Of a stretch of 64,000 nt of DNA, positions 1 to 12,874 are shown in pieces. The first letter of the stretch is position 1, and the number at the start of each line of letters is the position of its first letter. A model generated the notes under the pieces. That model ran no database searches. It had not been told where the DNA came from and was given only the letters and a program-made list of their open reading frames with translations. The stretch is from contig NC_087252.1 of the NCBI RefSeq assembly GCF_037042905.1, forward strand, positions 9,674,001-9,738,000. The letters run 5' to 3'. The DNA comes from Lytechinus pictus (Eukaryota). Both the position numbers and the translations under genes were made by a program.

Positions 1-124
1 TACGCAAGATAAAATTTATACGCAAGATAAAATGTCATCTCAGAATACCAATTTCATTTTAAGAGATAAAATAAAATATTTTAAAGATAAAATGACCTCA
101 GAATACCGCCCCTGATATATATAT

Positions 125-1274
125 AAAAAATCCATGTTCTATTGTTCGAAATAAAAATCTGAACTGAAAATTCTCCGAAAATTTATTTTGCCCAAATGAT
201 AATGGACCCATCAGACACTGTACTGTGCAGCGCCGGAGTTACGTTGCTCTATCCCTTAAAGAAGAAAGAAATATACTGATTTTGAACATAAATTATGGCC
301 TTATTATATATCGATGGAAAGATAATGATTTGGGAATTATTTTTGGGCCATTTGAAAATAACGAAAATAATACACAAGATGGATATCGCCAATTAAAAAG
401 CACTTAAACACCTCTCCGAAATATGACTCGCATCGGTCTCTGAATTGACTCGAATTTGATGACGTGTATGAGAGTACCAGAGACGTGATTGGCTCTCCCA
501 TATCAAGCTCCACTTGCGTGCAAAACCTATTGCGATTGCTAGTGAACGTGCGATTTCTCCACACTGTCACCGAGTAGCTCGATCATGACATGGAAGAAAA
601 CCTTGAAGATATATCTAGATTTGGATTTCGAAACAAATGTTGTTGACGAAAAGGATATTGATGATGAAGATTCTAGCTCTAGTGGACAGCAAAGCGACAT
701 GGAAGAAGGAAAATTAGGGGATAGCGCCGGTGATGGAGAGAGGAACGAAGCCCTGTCGCATCTAGTCAACTCACATTAATTTGGAGGGTTTTCTTCCATT
801 TCATAATCGAACTACTCAGTGACAGTGTGGAGAAATCACACGTTCACTAGCATTCGCAGTAGGTTTTGCACGCAAGTGGAGCTTGATATGGGAGAGCCAA
901 TCACGTACATCTCTGGTACCATCATACACGTCATCAAAATCGAGTCGATTCAGAGACTGATGCGAGGCCATGCGAGGCATATTTCGGAGACGCATTTTAG
1001 CGCTTTTTAATTGGCGATTTCCATCTTGTGTATTATTTTCGTTATTTTCAAATGGCCTATAATGATAATCCCCAAATTATTACCTTTCCATTGATATATG
1101 ATAGGGCATATGTTCATAATCAGTATATTTCTCCTTTAAATCGTTGCACACCAGGCAGGGTAGCAGCTAATCCAATCTTTTAACGCCTTTTTGTTTTGAC
1201 GTGACGGGGGCTTGAACCTCCAATATCCCGGTTGTGAGTCGGACACCCTATACCGACTGAGCCAACACACTGGT
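125..1274 (-). mobile_element. tRNA-derived SINE (Meta-domain-like), split by a DNA-transposon insertion at 260-1135
   Basis: Minus strand from 1274: ACCAGTGTGTTGGCTCAGTCGGTA (A box)...GGAGGTTCAAGCCC (B box)...GGCGTTAAAAGATTGGATTAGCTGCTACCCTG...CAACGAT-TTAA. The body appears to resume left of 256 (GGGATAGAGC...GGCGCTGCACAG...TTGGGCAAAATAAATTTTTCGGAG...TATTTCGAACAATA). Family assignment is from recalled similarity, not a search. Confidence 0.7.
260..1135. mobile_element. Foldback non-autonomous DNA transposon, Kolobok-like (TTAA TSD, ~320-bp inverted arms)
   Basis: Arms ~260-578 and ~810-1135 are inverted copies (ORF-track peptides 337..570- and 819..1010+ begin almost identically). TTAA at 256-259 and 1136-1139; termini AG...CT. 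Confidence 0.8.
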
Positions 1275-1778
1275 ATAATACAAGTAAGATATTAATATAC
1301 GTAATAGATTCTCCAATGCATGACACCCAATGAAAATCATGAATGATAAAAACTTTGTCATGGAAAAAACATCAGATGAAAGATAGAGGGAGAGAGAGAC
1401 AGAAGGAGAGAGAGAGAGAGAGGGGGGTAGATATTTTACATCTTAGCAAGATGTGAACTTATATTATTGAATGGAAGTCAAGGTTGAATGGAAATTAAGA
1501 GAGAGATAGAGAGGGAGAGAGAGAAATAAATCTCTACGACAAAATGACTTTTGTAGATAGAGATGACCACGGAATGATTATCAACCCGCCTAATTTCCGC
1601 GATATTATGAAATGATCGAAATTGACATACTTTTAAGGCCCACTATACACACAACTCCCAGCGAGCCAATCATGCAAACGAGTTTCATCCATTTCATCAA
1701 TTAGATTGGTTACTTGTTAGAGCCGGTGTGCGAGGCCACGGGGAGGTTGTTATCATAAACGAAGGAACCCCTTTTTTA

Positions 1779-1957
1779 TACATCGGTCACATTTGCTATA
1801 CGGCGGCCGTACGGCGAGTCGAAAACAGCCGTTTTATTCGTTGTTATTCAAACCACTTATTTGTGATAGGTCCATGTTTGTAGCTGGTACAAAAAATGTT
1901 AAAAAGGCTATTTTCGACTGGCCGTACAGCCGCCGTAGAGCAAATGTGACCGAGGTA
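1779..1957. mobile_element. ~180-bp MITE with long TIRs
   Basis: TACATCGGTCACATTTGCTATACGGCGGCCGTACGG...CCGTACAGCCGCCGTAGAGCAAATGTGACCGAGGTA, followed by TTAA. Second copy at 63766-63927, fragment near 45518-45566. Confidence 0.8.
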
Positions 1958-2989
1958 TTAATCGCTGCACGGCGGGCGTCATCATTGATGAAGGGCTTGC
2001 TTTTCAAATTTATGTATTTGTGTATGCATTGGCGGAATGAGGCAAGCCTTTTAAGGGGGTGGCTGGGTCAAACATGGCGTATGTGCAATTTTTTTTAATT
2101 TTGCAATTGAGCGAAGTGAGCGAGCAAATATGTTGAATTTCCTTTCACGAAGAGAGCTGGATTTTTGACAAATTATTAATGCAGACAATCATGATTTAGC
2201 TCCTTTCCTCTCTTTTCATTTCACCCCCCCCCCCTTGGCCATGACCATCAAGCCCCTATCTATACGCCAGAGTCTGTGTGTCAGGGTGGGGTCTGGGGTG
2301 GAGCGGCGAATGCCCTTTAAACAAGGTTCATTGAATTATAACATCGGGTTTATATTTAGTGTGATATTGGAATATTTGTTCCTAAAAGCGATAAGCGTTC
2401 TATTTGAAAATACGAGAAAAAGATCGAAAGAGTGTTTAAACATGCTAAAGCTTCTTTTCCATTTCAATATATTAATGAAATTGTGGTATGGATGTAAGGA
2501 ATAACAAAAAGCACTATGCTTGCAGAAGTGTAATACAATATAGATAGATAAACATATAGATAGATAAATGGTATTTATTAAAATTCTCCTCATATTGCAG
2601 TTAACAAACTGAATTGCATGTTAATTACAAAGTTGGAAATAAAAGTATACATTTCGCCGATTACATTTTACAATGTGATGTTTAAGTGTGCAGTGCAAAT
2701 TAGATAAAATACTGCATACCATTGATCTTAATATGATACAACTAAAATTCCATTCATGCACAATTGTATATTGTCATAATCAAGAAAGATTTGTGGAAAG
2801 AAGAATACAAATAAAGAGAAGTTAGAAAGAAAAAAAGAAGAAAAACCCATTAGGGAGGGTAAGATTGACCCTGACAAGAACATGTGACAAATACATAAAA
2901 TGAAGGGCAAGCTACGGCATTGAACATGACAAATAATCCTAACAGTAATATACAATACAATACATAAAGCATAATCATCAAGGGTTAGT

Positions 2990-3510
2990 CATATTGATCG
3001 GGTGTGGTCTGTACGCCCACTAAATACAATCTGGTGAGTCATGATTTCAAGCAGATCTGAGTTCAATTTGCAAAACGGAGATGGGAAGTCTATCATTTGA
3101 AAATTTCTCATTTAAAATTATTTCTTTTCATTTTGTCCACGCATAATATTCACGAGAGATATGTTGAATACTTGTACTCTTTTTTTGGTTAAAATATTTT
3201 GATAACCATTCGTTTTCTTCTGTACAATTAAAGCTTAACACCTATTTATTTTTTTCTATTGGATTAATTATAGATATTGTTAGCACTTGGAGAGTCGATT
3301 ATTTATTGTTATACTGTTGTAACGCGCTCTGAGCAAATTTAAGATAATATATGAACAAAAACGCTGTATATCAACAAAATGCACAAATATAAACAATAAG
3401 TATTGATGACACCTAAAGCAAATGGCAATTTCCACCATTGACGTACCGTATGGTCCAATTAAAGGAAAAAATCAACTAAATAATTTTCCTTTCGATCGGA
3501 CATGTGGGAT
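2990..3510 (-). mobile_element. Highly decayed non-LTR retrotransposon (L1/Tx1-like) ORF2 3' fragment
   Basis: Broken minus-strand peptides (ISREYYAW..ENNFK, FQMIDFPSPFCKLN) resemble the EFxFK...CxFC C-terminal region of L1/Tx1 ORF2; many stops. Confidence 0.3.
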
Positions 3511-4029
3511 ACACTACTGCCGCATACTGGTATATATACGACTGTTTGATGTATTAACATTTTGTTTTGTAATTTGAATTGCATTAAGGAGGTTGATTTT
3601 TTTTAATCTATCTTTGTATGAGATCATTATTCTAGTATTTGTGATGCTGTCGTGGCGGGCTTTATTTGGTGCTAAAAAAAAACGCTGTAAGTTGAGACAA
3701 CGAAACACTGCAATTAAAGCAAGGAACATAGTGACCTATATCATTACATATATTACTACAATTATTGTTTAAATAAACTAAATCTATTTTTTTTAACAAT
3801 AAGTTATAACTCTGTTGTGTTCCAGTTGCGTATAATTATGCATACTATCCAAATTATAGATATCTTTGTTCGTCACTTTTCTTCCCTCTTGTCTTCCTTG
3901 TTTCACCTCCTTCTTTTGTTATTTAACCATCTGTAATCTTCTCTTCTCTTCCATTCATGTTACGTTTAAAATTATGTTGTTTGAATGGCGACATTTTTTT
4001 CCCTTTCTAATTATTGTGAATCGTACCTT

Positions 4030-4322
4030 CCAGAATGACCACAGAGTCCCACAGTGTGTGCCACAGTTTGTTCACAGGATGTTCACAGTGTGGAACACAT
4101 TGTGAAGTCCCTTTCACACTGTTAAACTTGAACATTTTAACAGTAAGAATCACACATTCACATAGTCGACCATGTGAACACGCTGTGAACATTCACACTG
4201 TCGAGGAGATCACAGTGTGAAAGATCTTGACACTGTTAAATATGAGCATTTTAACAGTGAATAATATTTTCACATAGTCCACTATGTGAACACACTGTGA
4301 GCACACTGAGTGACATTGTGTT
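4030..4322. repeat. CACAGTGTG/CACACTGT-rich degenerate repeat cluster (probable MITE interior)
   Basis: Recurrent cacagtgtg/cacactgt motifs and a duplicated palindrome cactgttaaa..cattttaacagt near 4116 and 4231. Confidence 0.55.
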
Positions 4323-4390
4323 TTTTACAACAGGGTGATTTTGAAGTAGACATTCATTTTCATGAAAATATATGGACAATTTAGACCCTG

Positions 4391-4770
4391 CATTGTTCAA
4401 GAAGATGACGAATCCACTCTTTTGTAAACAAAATAATATTGGTTATTTTTATAAGTAATTGAAGTGACGAGCTCTTTTTTTAAGGTTTCACAAATGCTAT
4501 AAAAACTATTATGTTACTATTTTTGCATATACATGTTACCAGTGGCAAAAAAACACATATAGCTCACAATAACAATTACGCATGGTTCAAGAAAATGATG
4601 AATCCACTCTTATGAATCCACTCTTAATAATATTGGTTATTTTTATAAGTAATTGAAGTGACGAGCTCTTTTTTATTAGGTTTCACAAATGCTATAAAAA
4701 CGATTATGTTACTATTTTTGCATACACATGTTACCAGTGATAAACAAACACATATAGCTCACAATAACAA
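4391..4770. repeat. Tandem duplication of a ~190-bp unit (2 copies)
   Basis: cattgttcaagaagatgacgaatccactct... (4391) recurs as catggttcaagaaaatgatgaatccactct... (4581); both copies end agctcacaataacaa. Confidence 0.9.
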
Positions 4771-4954
4771 CTTAATGCAATGGCTTCCCATGACTGTACT
4801 GAAATAACTCTCAAGATGTCATTGGTCATGTGTAATCCCAATTAGTCTGTACTACTACATGTAGAAATCTATAGAAAGTGTCATTCTTCTATAAAACTGT
4901 AAGTTATTATGTAGCTGGCCAGTCTAGTCATGCTTGTGGATGTGTATGTGAGGA

Positions 4955-4985
<31 letters not shown>

Positions 4986-5258
4986 CAGGGGTGGATCCGG
5001 GATTGTCCAAAAGGGGAGGGGGCACATTTTTTCCGAGGAAAAATTCGACAAGCAATTAAAAAAAAAAAAAAATTAAGGATATTTCGTCCCCGAAAAAAAT
5101 TGACAAGCAAAAAAAAAAGGCTTCGCTTTCAAAAGGGGGGGGGGGGGAGGGGGCACACTTCTGTTTTAGGGCCATTCTTACATTACAAAGTATAATTTTG
5201 CTTCTCAAAAGGGGGGCACGGGCCGGCTGTGCCCTCCCCCCCCCCCGGTTCGCCAGTG
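4986..5258. mobile_element. hAT-type MITE (poly-G/poly-A rich family)
   Basis: Termini CAGGGGTGGATCCGG...CCGGTTCGCCAGTG; imperfect 8-bp TSD gtaaaata/gttacata; interior (aaaaaattgacaagcaaaaa) shared with copies at 19338, 22407 and 36277. Confidence 0.7.
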
Positions 5259-5942
5259 GTTACATATTTGTTTTGCTTAGGCCCTATCTCTCCATTTTTT
5301 TAAATATCTGTATTTCATTTTTATTATGTATGTTCCATTATTGTTTACATCTCATTTAATGTAAGACCCCACCCACAAGCTCTGCTTTTTGGGGGTCCTC
5401 GAAAACCTCTCATATTTTTTGGTATCATGTGTTCATTGATTTGTACTTATATGTCTGTTTTCTTATAATAAATTCAACTTGAACTTGAACGCTGAAGGAT
5501 TCGGTTGAAAGTAGTTAAAAAATGTTCCCCCTTCAAGTCACTTGGGGGGGGGCGAAAGCTAACCCTTTTGAGACTAAGGCTTGTTCTTAAGCCAGAAAAC
5601 TATTTTTTAGAAGTCCTAATTGGAATAATATTGAAACCATATAAAATTGTACGCATCTAAATTTGGAACTCATTATACTAGTCAGTCGTAAAGTCATATA
5701 TAGTCTTAGGTACACAATCGTGAAATGACCCACGTTGAAAGACCTGTAGAAAACACTCGCCTCAATAAGTGGAAATTCAAATCTAAATGAATGTAGGATG
5801 CTAAAGCCTGTTTGGTATGCAGATATAGCAATTGAGTCTTGGAACATTGTGTGCGGGCACGTCAGGATCCAATTACCGGGTCAATAATTGTAATGCAAAG
5901 CGCTTAGAAAAATAATGCATCAAACATTATATAAGTGTAACT

Positions 5943-6048
5943 TTTATTATTATCATTATTAATATAATTATTATTATCATTATTATTATTATTACTATCA
6001 TTATTATCAGTATTATTATTATTATTATCATTACTAATTAATTATTAT
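5943..6048. repeat. (ATT/ATC)n microsatellite
   Basis: Imperfect trinucleotide repeat visible directly. Confidence 0.9.
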
Positions 6049-9000
6049 GCCCCAGGGGGAAAAATACAAAGTGTGGCTAATGGAATTTACGTTTTTACGT
6101 GCTAAAATCAGTATTTAAAATAGTAAAACATAACTTTATATAAGAGTGTTCACATAATTGTTTTATTAGGTAAGAAAGAAAGCTCTTATCAATCATGGCA
6201 ATATTTACGTCCATTCCAAAAATATATGCGTGCTAACTACTGCAAAGAGGTATGCAGAAGTCATGCTATAAATTTGCACATTCTGTACAAGGTAGAAACA
6301 AATCTCACATTCAGAAGCTAATGAGATTGATTCTGTAGGGAGTGGCTTGTTTTGGATGGGGGCTTCTTTGGAGGTTTCTAAAAAATGATTTCAAGCATTT
6401 TCTCCGTCAAGGCTTTGACGTGATTGAATTTCACCTATAAAAGAAAAATAAACGAACTTTTTTAAAGAAAAAAAATGGATGAAGATAAAGAGAACAGGAA
6501 AAGAAGAAAAACATTGCCGGTAACACGATGAAAAGATGAAGGATGGGAATGGACAGTGACGGTTGGAGGGGAGGCACACTCTACCCGTGCCCCTCCCCCT
6601 TTAAGAGTAATGAAAAAAATTGTCAAAGGGTGTTCGTGATGAATACCCTTTTTAAATTTTGTTTTTTTTCAATTATTTCTATATATTTTTTTTTCTAATC
6701 ATTATTATTATTATCACTTTTTGCTCGTGGTTTTTTTTCGTAAATAACTATCGTTCGGAAGTGATGAACTTTTAAACTTTTTTATCATTATTTTTTTTTT
6801 CTTGCCAAAAAAATTCTGAAGAAAAAAAAAGCACTCCATTTTAGGAAATCCTAGATCCTGGGAAGTGGAGAAACAGACGAACAGGGCAAGAAGAAGAACA
6901 AGAAAAAGAAGAAGAAAAATAACGACAAGAAGAATAATGAAAAGAAGAACATGGAGAGGAATAACAGAAACAGGAAAACGAGGCAAAAACTAAAATACCG
7001 ATTAAAAAAACAAATCAATCGATGGTTTTCAATCTTTCAGTTTATTTTTATTTTCGTACAATCGTGATCAATAATGACTACACTCTGGCATACAATTGCA
7101 AAATTCACTGAGACCTTTCCCCTATATAATTATAGTGATCGCCATTTACCAGGGCAAACAAAACCCATCTTAATTAAACACAGTGCCAGTTCACCACAGA
7201 CTGTATGCCCATTCAAAAAGTGTTGCATAAAAGGACAAAGCTGTAGGACATTGTCAAATTCTTTGATTCTTGCCTATTCCTGTTTATGGACGCTCAATTT
7301 CCAGTTTAAAACACTTTCACTGCATTAATTGTAATTATATTCTTTTTTAATTAAAAATTCTTACAATTTACATTTTGCATGGTATTTTTGTCTCCAACAA
7401 TGAAAGTAACACAAAATTGGTGCTCGATTTCAGAAAAGCCCTTGTGTGGATGACGAGTGGGTAGCCATATGGAAATCAAAGGCACGGTAAAATGCTACTC
7501 GGATCAATGAAATATGCTTCAGATCTCAAACGTACGTTTCAACAAGTTTCAAAAGCACCTATTCTTCCTGATTACTCGCTCGTTTGATATCCGAGAGAAA
7601 AATAACTCATACAGACCAGTTTGTACCGGCCTGTAACAAAATAAAACTTAGTATCTACATGTCCAACGTATTAAAGACGACCTACGATGGGAAGTCCGCC
7701 TTCATAAAAAGTTGATTTGAATTAAAAGAAATAAATAAACAAGCTTTAGGCTTACAGTTTTATCAAAATCGGATGTAAAATGAGAAAGCATTTTGCTTAA
7801 TTAAAAAAATGACTGTTTATTTCATTACTTTTGTTGGAAACACTTTTTGGGGAGTCCGGAGTTCACCACTGTTTTCTGATTACAATCGAAATTGTTTATA
7901 TCAGAGCCGAGAGAATCATTTTAATGTGGTACATTAGCCAACCATGATAAATCTGTAACACATTTACATGTATACATTGAAAAATTAGACGAAAGAACTA
8001 GCGCAAGAATCGCCAAGATATCAAAACATTTCAGTATCGAACGAAATGTCAATCAATTCCTTAACCTAAATTGATAGTAATTATTCAAAATAGGGCATGT
8101 ATTAAATACTAAGTTAGAAATTTCAAAAACATGATAAATGGAAATAATACAACAAACCAGCGCTTTAAAACCATCTTAGGGCATTAGAGAGCGCGCGTGT
8201 GTGTGTTGCGGTATGCGTATGCAGGGATTTGTGGGTGTTTTTATGTGTGGGGTTTCGCGGGGGCGTGTGTCTGCGGGTGTGCGTGAGTGTGTGTTCAACG
8301 GGCGTAGCCTTGCTCAAGCGGGCTAATGGAAATAAGCGCTTAGGAATATTGCATCAAGCACTAATTAAGTGCTGCATGTTTTAATTATATTATGCTTCTG
8401 TGTGTGGGATACGTGGGGGGGGGAGTGGGTGTGTGTGCTGTATGTGGGAATGTAGAGAAGATGGCGGAAAGAGAATGTATTTAAAATATACAGCTTTACT
8501 TTGTCGCGGCGGGGGGAGGGGGGGGGGGTAGGGTGTGAGAGGCAGTATAGCATGAGCCGAAATATTCCAGGGGGCCAGGCATGGCGTATGAGGCAACATG
8601 AACGAAGCAAGCGAGCCAAAATTTTGACCTTATTATTAATGGAAGTTCATCTGTTAGCAAGGGGATCTATTCCCTACAAGTAAAATAATCCTGGATGAAT
8701 TCTAAAATACGGTGATATATACATAAAATGTATTATAATATGATTGAACACTGTACTTTTAATAGCTTCGTCAATACTTGAATAGCAATCTTTAAATCAG
8801 GCATTGTAGTTAAGACGATGTGGATGCTATTTAACTTTACGCTATATGTTTGTATATCCTAGCAGTAGTTCTCTTTGCTTCTGAGAAAAAAAATCAAGCA
8901 AAATAATAATAATAATAACAATCATTCTATATTCGACTTGCCAGCTAGCAAGATAGCATAATCATTAAAAGCTTCATGCGATTCAAGCTTCTAAACAAAG

Positions 9001-12000
9001 TAATCAACATGATTAAATTCATCATTACAATGACGTTAGGCTTATTTAATGGTGCTCAACAGTGCTTTCGGGCTAGGATGTGTATAAGAATAGGCAAAGA
9101 GCTATACAAACCATTGAAATATTGTCAAAATCATCAAGTACCTGCATATCATACACTAGCAGAGTTATGGGGACATGGATTTAGTTAGAATCAGCAAGAT
9201 TATCTCAAGTAGGAATAAAAATAGATTCCGGTGAAGTTCTACAAGAAAATAAGCATTATGCCAATAACATTGACAAGATTCTATTAAAAATCTAATTCTA
9301 CACTAGTCTGATTGAATACTGATTTTGAATAAATGATAATGGGAAGAGAATCATGTGAGAGGAAAAGAGATAGATAAATGGGAGGAGGGAAAGAGACGGA
9401 AAGCTAGCGAAAAGATTTAGGTGTGTGTGTAAGGAGGGGGGTCATTGGGACAGAAAGAAAAATGACAAGGAGTGACGGAAGGACAGGCACACACACACAC
9501 ACATAGAGAGAGAGAGAGGGGGGGGGGGAGAGATCATTAGATAGGACGGGAATGAATGCGAGAGAGAAAGAAAATTAATGCAAACGAAAAATGGGCAGAC
9601 AAAGATAGTGAGAGTGAGGAAGAGAAATTCAGACATCAGAAGAGAGACAGAGAAAAAAAGAGAAAGACGGATACAAAACATACACCCACAGGCAGAAAGA
9701 TATGGAGGGAGTAAGAGAGATAAGCGAGGGGGGGGGGATGACATCGCTCATGCGTCAATGTTTTATAGCTTGAATGTCAGTGGTTTAAACTGGTATGTTT
9801 ATTTAGATATGAAGCAAACTCGACGCCCAACTCTTCTTGGCACGTATCACCAGATCGTCACGACGCCACATTTTATATAGATACTGCACTTCAACATTGC
9901 TCATATTAAAAAGGACTTAAATTAACTCCAGGATTCAGGCTAAGATCAAAGGAGGAATACATTTTATATAGAAAAACACATGAATGGTGTTCATATAATA
10001 ATCATAAAATCGGAAAAAATTAATAATAATCAACCCAGATTAAGGAGTACGCTAACTTCTGGAATAAGCCTGCATGAGTTGCCACGATCAGCACGCGAAG
10101 TTTAATCCCGCCGGGTAGGCCTAATCCCTTTAAAATTCAATCGTGGTTGACCACAATTTAACATTACACTCGGGATTCGAATCCATGACTTTTTTAGAGA
10201 CTTCGAACCACTAGGTCACGTTTCCGCACGTCTCTTTTTATATTGGTTGGGAGCGAAAGTAAGAGAAACAAGAAAATAGTAAGCCACCTCTCATTATACT
10301 CTGAACCTTCATCAATGTTAGCTAAATGGTAGTTGCTACTTTCTGCCGGTACAGTGTCATACAGGTTAGCGTCTCTATATACCAGGCGGGTCAACTGGGC
10401 TGACGGCTGTAACCAAGACTCCCTGTTGATTTAGCTGCGCCTGGCAGAAATGATCAGTGCGTTTTCCCGCGTTCAAGGATATGCGTGATGTCACTATCGC
10501 TCAAATATCGATCACAGAGGATGTGATTGGATATGTATTGCGTGCAATTCGACCCTTAAATCAAAGATGCATCATAAAATTGGTGAAAATTGAAAATCGG
10601 AATGAAGTTAAGGGTTAACTTGAGGTGCTTCACGGAGATGAGCATTGTATTGATGGTGGTTGTATGACAGGGGTGGGGATAAAACTGCAAACCCACTTCG
10701 TAGGGATGACGATATTTTTTTTTCGTTGTTATTCGTGAGAGATCTCTCATTTTTAATTGAATATTATAAAAAGATTCGTTCTCTTTTCCTGAAAAAACCC
10801 TCAATTCGTTAAAAACAATTGTCTGATTTGGTTCTTTACGATTTCTTTTGTATCCTCTCTCATTTTCCTCTAATTTCAACGAATAGGTGAAGATGTGGAG
10901 GATGACTATTGCGTTAACAAAGAATTATCTACCTATTCAATAATCTAATTACATGCTAATCGTTGCTGTTAGTTATGATTGCTTTCTCTTTAGGTTAATG
11001 AAAGCAGATTGACCGCGGGGGGGGGGGGTGGAGGGGGTGACTAACACTAACACTAACACTAAAACAGAGGATACATCAAGTTGTATAGAGAAAATAACAT
11101 GTCTTTGAGAGAAAAGTCCTTGTTTTGCAACTTGGTATCATAGTTACTGCGGTATAAAGATATCGATTTGTTAATTAGTAGACTATCATGGAAGTGGGGC
11201 TATATAGGCCTATTATAAATCTACACTACTGAAACTGTTGCATTATGGGAAAGGAATATGACCAGATTTTATTACTTGAGGATTTGAGGTGGCGTTGCTA
11301 AGGATGTGAGTTCGTATCTGCTTTACGAAAATAATAATAATTCTCGATTATGGAATAAAGAATAGAAATAAGTAAATAAAGCCTTGTCCGTATGTAAAAC
11401 AGTAATACACGTCCTACACAAAAATCCCAAACATTACAATGACAGCAGAGGCTTAATTATCTGCATTTTGCAAACTGCTTTAAAAAACAACATCTATTTT
11501 CCCTCCGAAGGGTTCTCTAAAATAATGAAATCCTTCAAAAGTACGATAAATAACCTTTGAATTAATTCATTACAATGGAATATTGCCAACATTTCTAACG
11601 TCCCTAATCACATTCTTAAAAAAAGGATATTATTGCCAATGCATTCTTCCTCGAAATTAATTGAAAGAAAATGACCTCGGCTCGGCGAGTTATCAAAATT
11701 GAAATTACCACATTCAGGTGCGTTATCATCCGACACTCCCCTCAGAGGCTAGACTCGCTGTACGGCACTGCAACTTTACGTCGCGATCGATGGATTATAC
11801 ATGCCCTAAATATTTCTTGGTTTTTTTCAACGCAAAACCTAGATTTGCAGTGTTGTTGAGTGTAGGAGGCTGGGATGTTTCATATATGGAAAGTGGCGGT
11901 AAAAATGAATTAGTTTTGGAGCGATGGGCTTTACGTGAAATGAATTAAACATTGGGATATGACGCTTTCTCAAGGCTATATCGAGATTTATTCATGAAGT

Positions 12001-12283
12001 CTGTGTTTCATGGCCACTGTGCCATGTTTGTATTTAAGCACGAGGGAAGGTAGAATGTTAGGAAAGCAGAGATACAAATATATATAGAGAGAGAGAGGGA
12101 GAGAGAGAAAGCGAGAGAGAGAGAGAGAGAGAGCTGCAGTGGGCGGGAATGGAAAGCAGAAAGAACTGGAGGTGACAACTGAATGTTTGAGTTACGTTAT
12201 GTTGTTGTAATAATATTGAATCATTTCATTGACTTTTTTGTATTTTTATTTATATTTGTAATTTATTGATTTATAATTGTTGA

Positions 12284-12874
12284 AGGGATGCCCCAGGCTG
12301 AACAATTTTATATTTCAATAAATAGAGTAAAATTCAGAGCAAAATGCTGAAAATTTGATCGAAATCAGATAACAATTAACGAAATTATTGAATTTTAAAG
12401 ATTTGTATTATTCCGGTGAAACAGCTCGAGGCATGTCTGCATGAATAATCATTAAGTGGGCTGATGATGTCATATCCCCACTTGTTCTTTTGTATTTTAT
12501 TACATGAAATTATGTATATTAAAAAAATTTCTACCAAGAACCAAAACAATTTGATTGACCACTGATTAAGTGTATTAGTTATTTATTGCTGCAATATGTA
12601 TTTCGTTTTAATAGAGACACATCATTTACATATGTACATGTATAAGAAATGAAACAATTAAGATATCATGTAATAACATAAGAACAAGGAATGTATGGAT
12701 GTGACATCAACATCCCACCTTATTGAATATTCATGACGATGTGCATATAACTGTTTTCACAATATATTGCTAAACTTTAAAATTCTATAACTTTGTTATT
12801 TGTTATCCGATTTGAATTTTAAGCATTTTACTCTATCTATTTAGATATAAATGTTTTCAGCCCGGGTCATCCCT
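12284..12874. mobile_element. Kolobok-like MITE, copy 1 (most diverged)
   Basis: AGGGATGCCCCAGGCTGAA...TTCAGCCCGGGTCATCCCT-TTAA; long inverted arms; homologous to 34231-34831 and 40488-41062. Confidence 0.85.

Noticed and set aside
9442..9880. Short ORFs over GA/CA-rich tracts (and similar 60-130-aa ORFs across the window)
   Set aside because: Products of microsatellites, poly-A/G runs or MITE arms, without splice support or recognisable homology.
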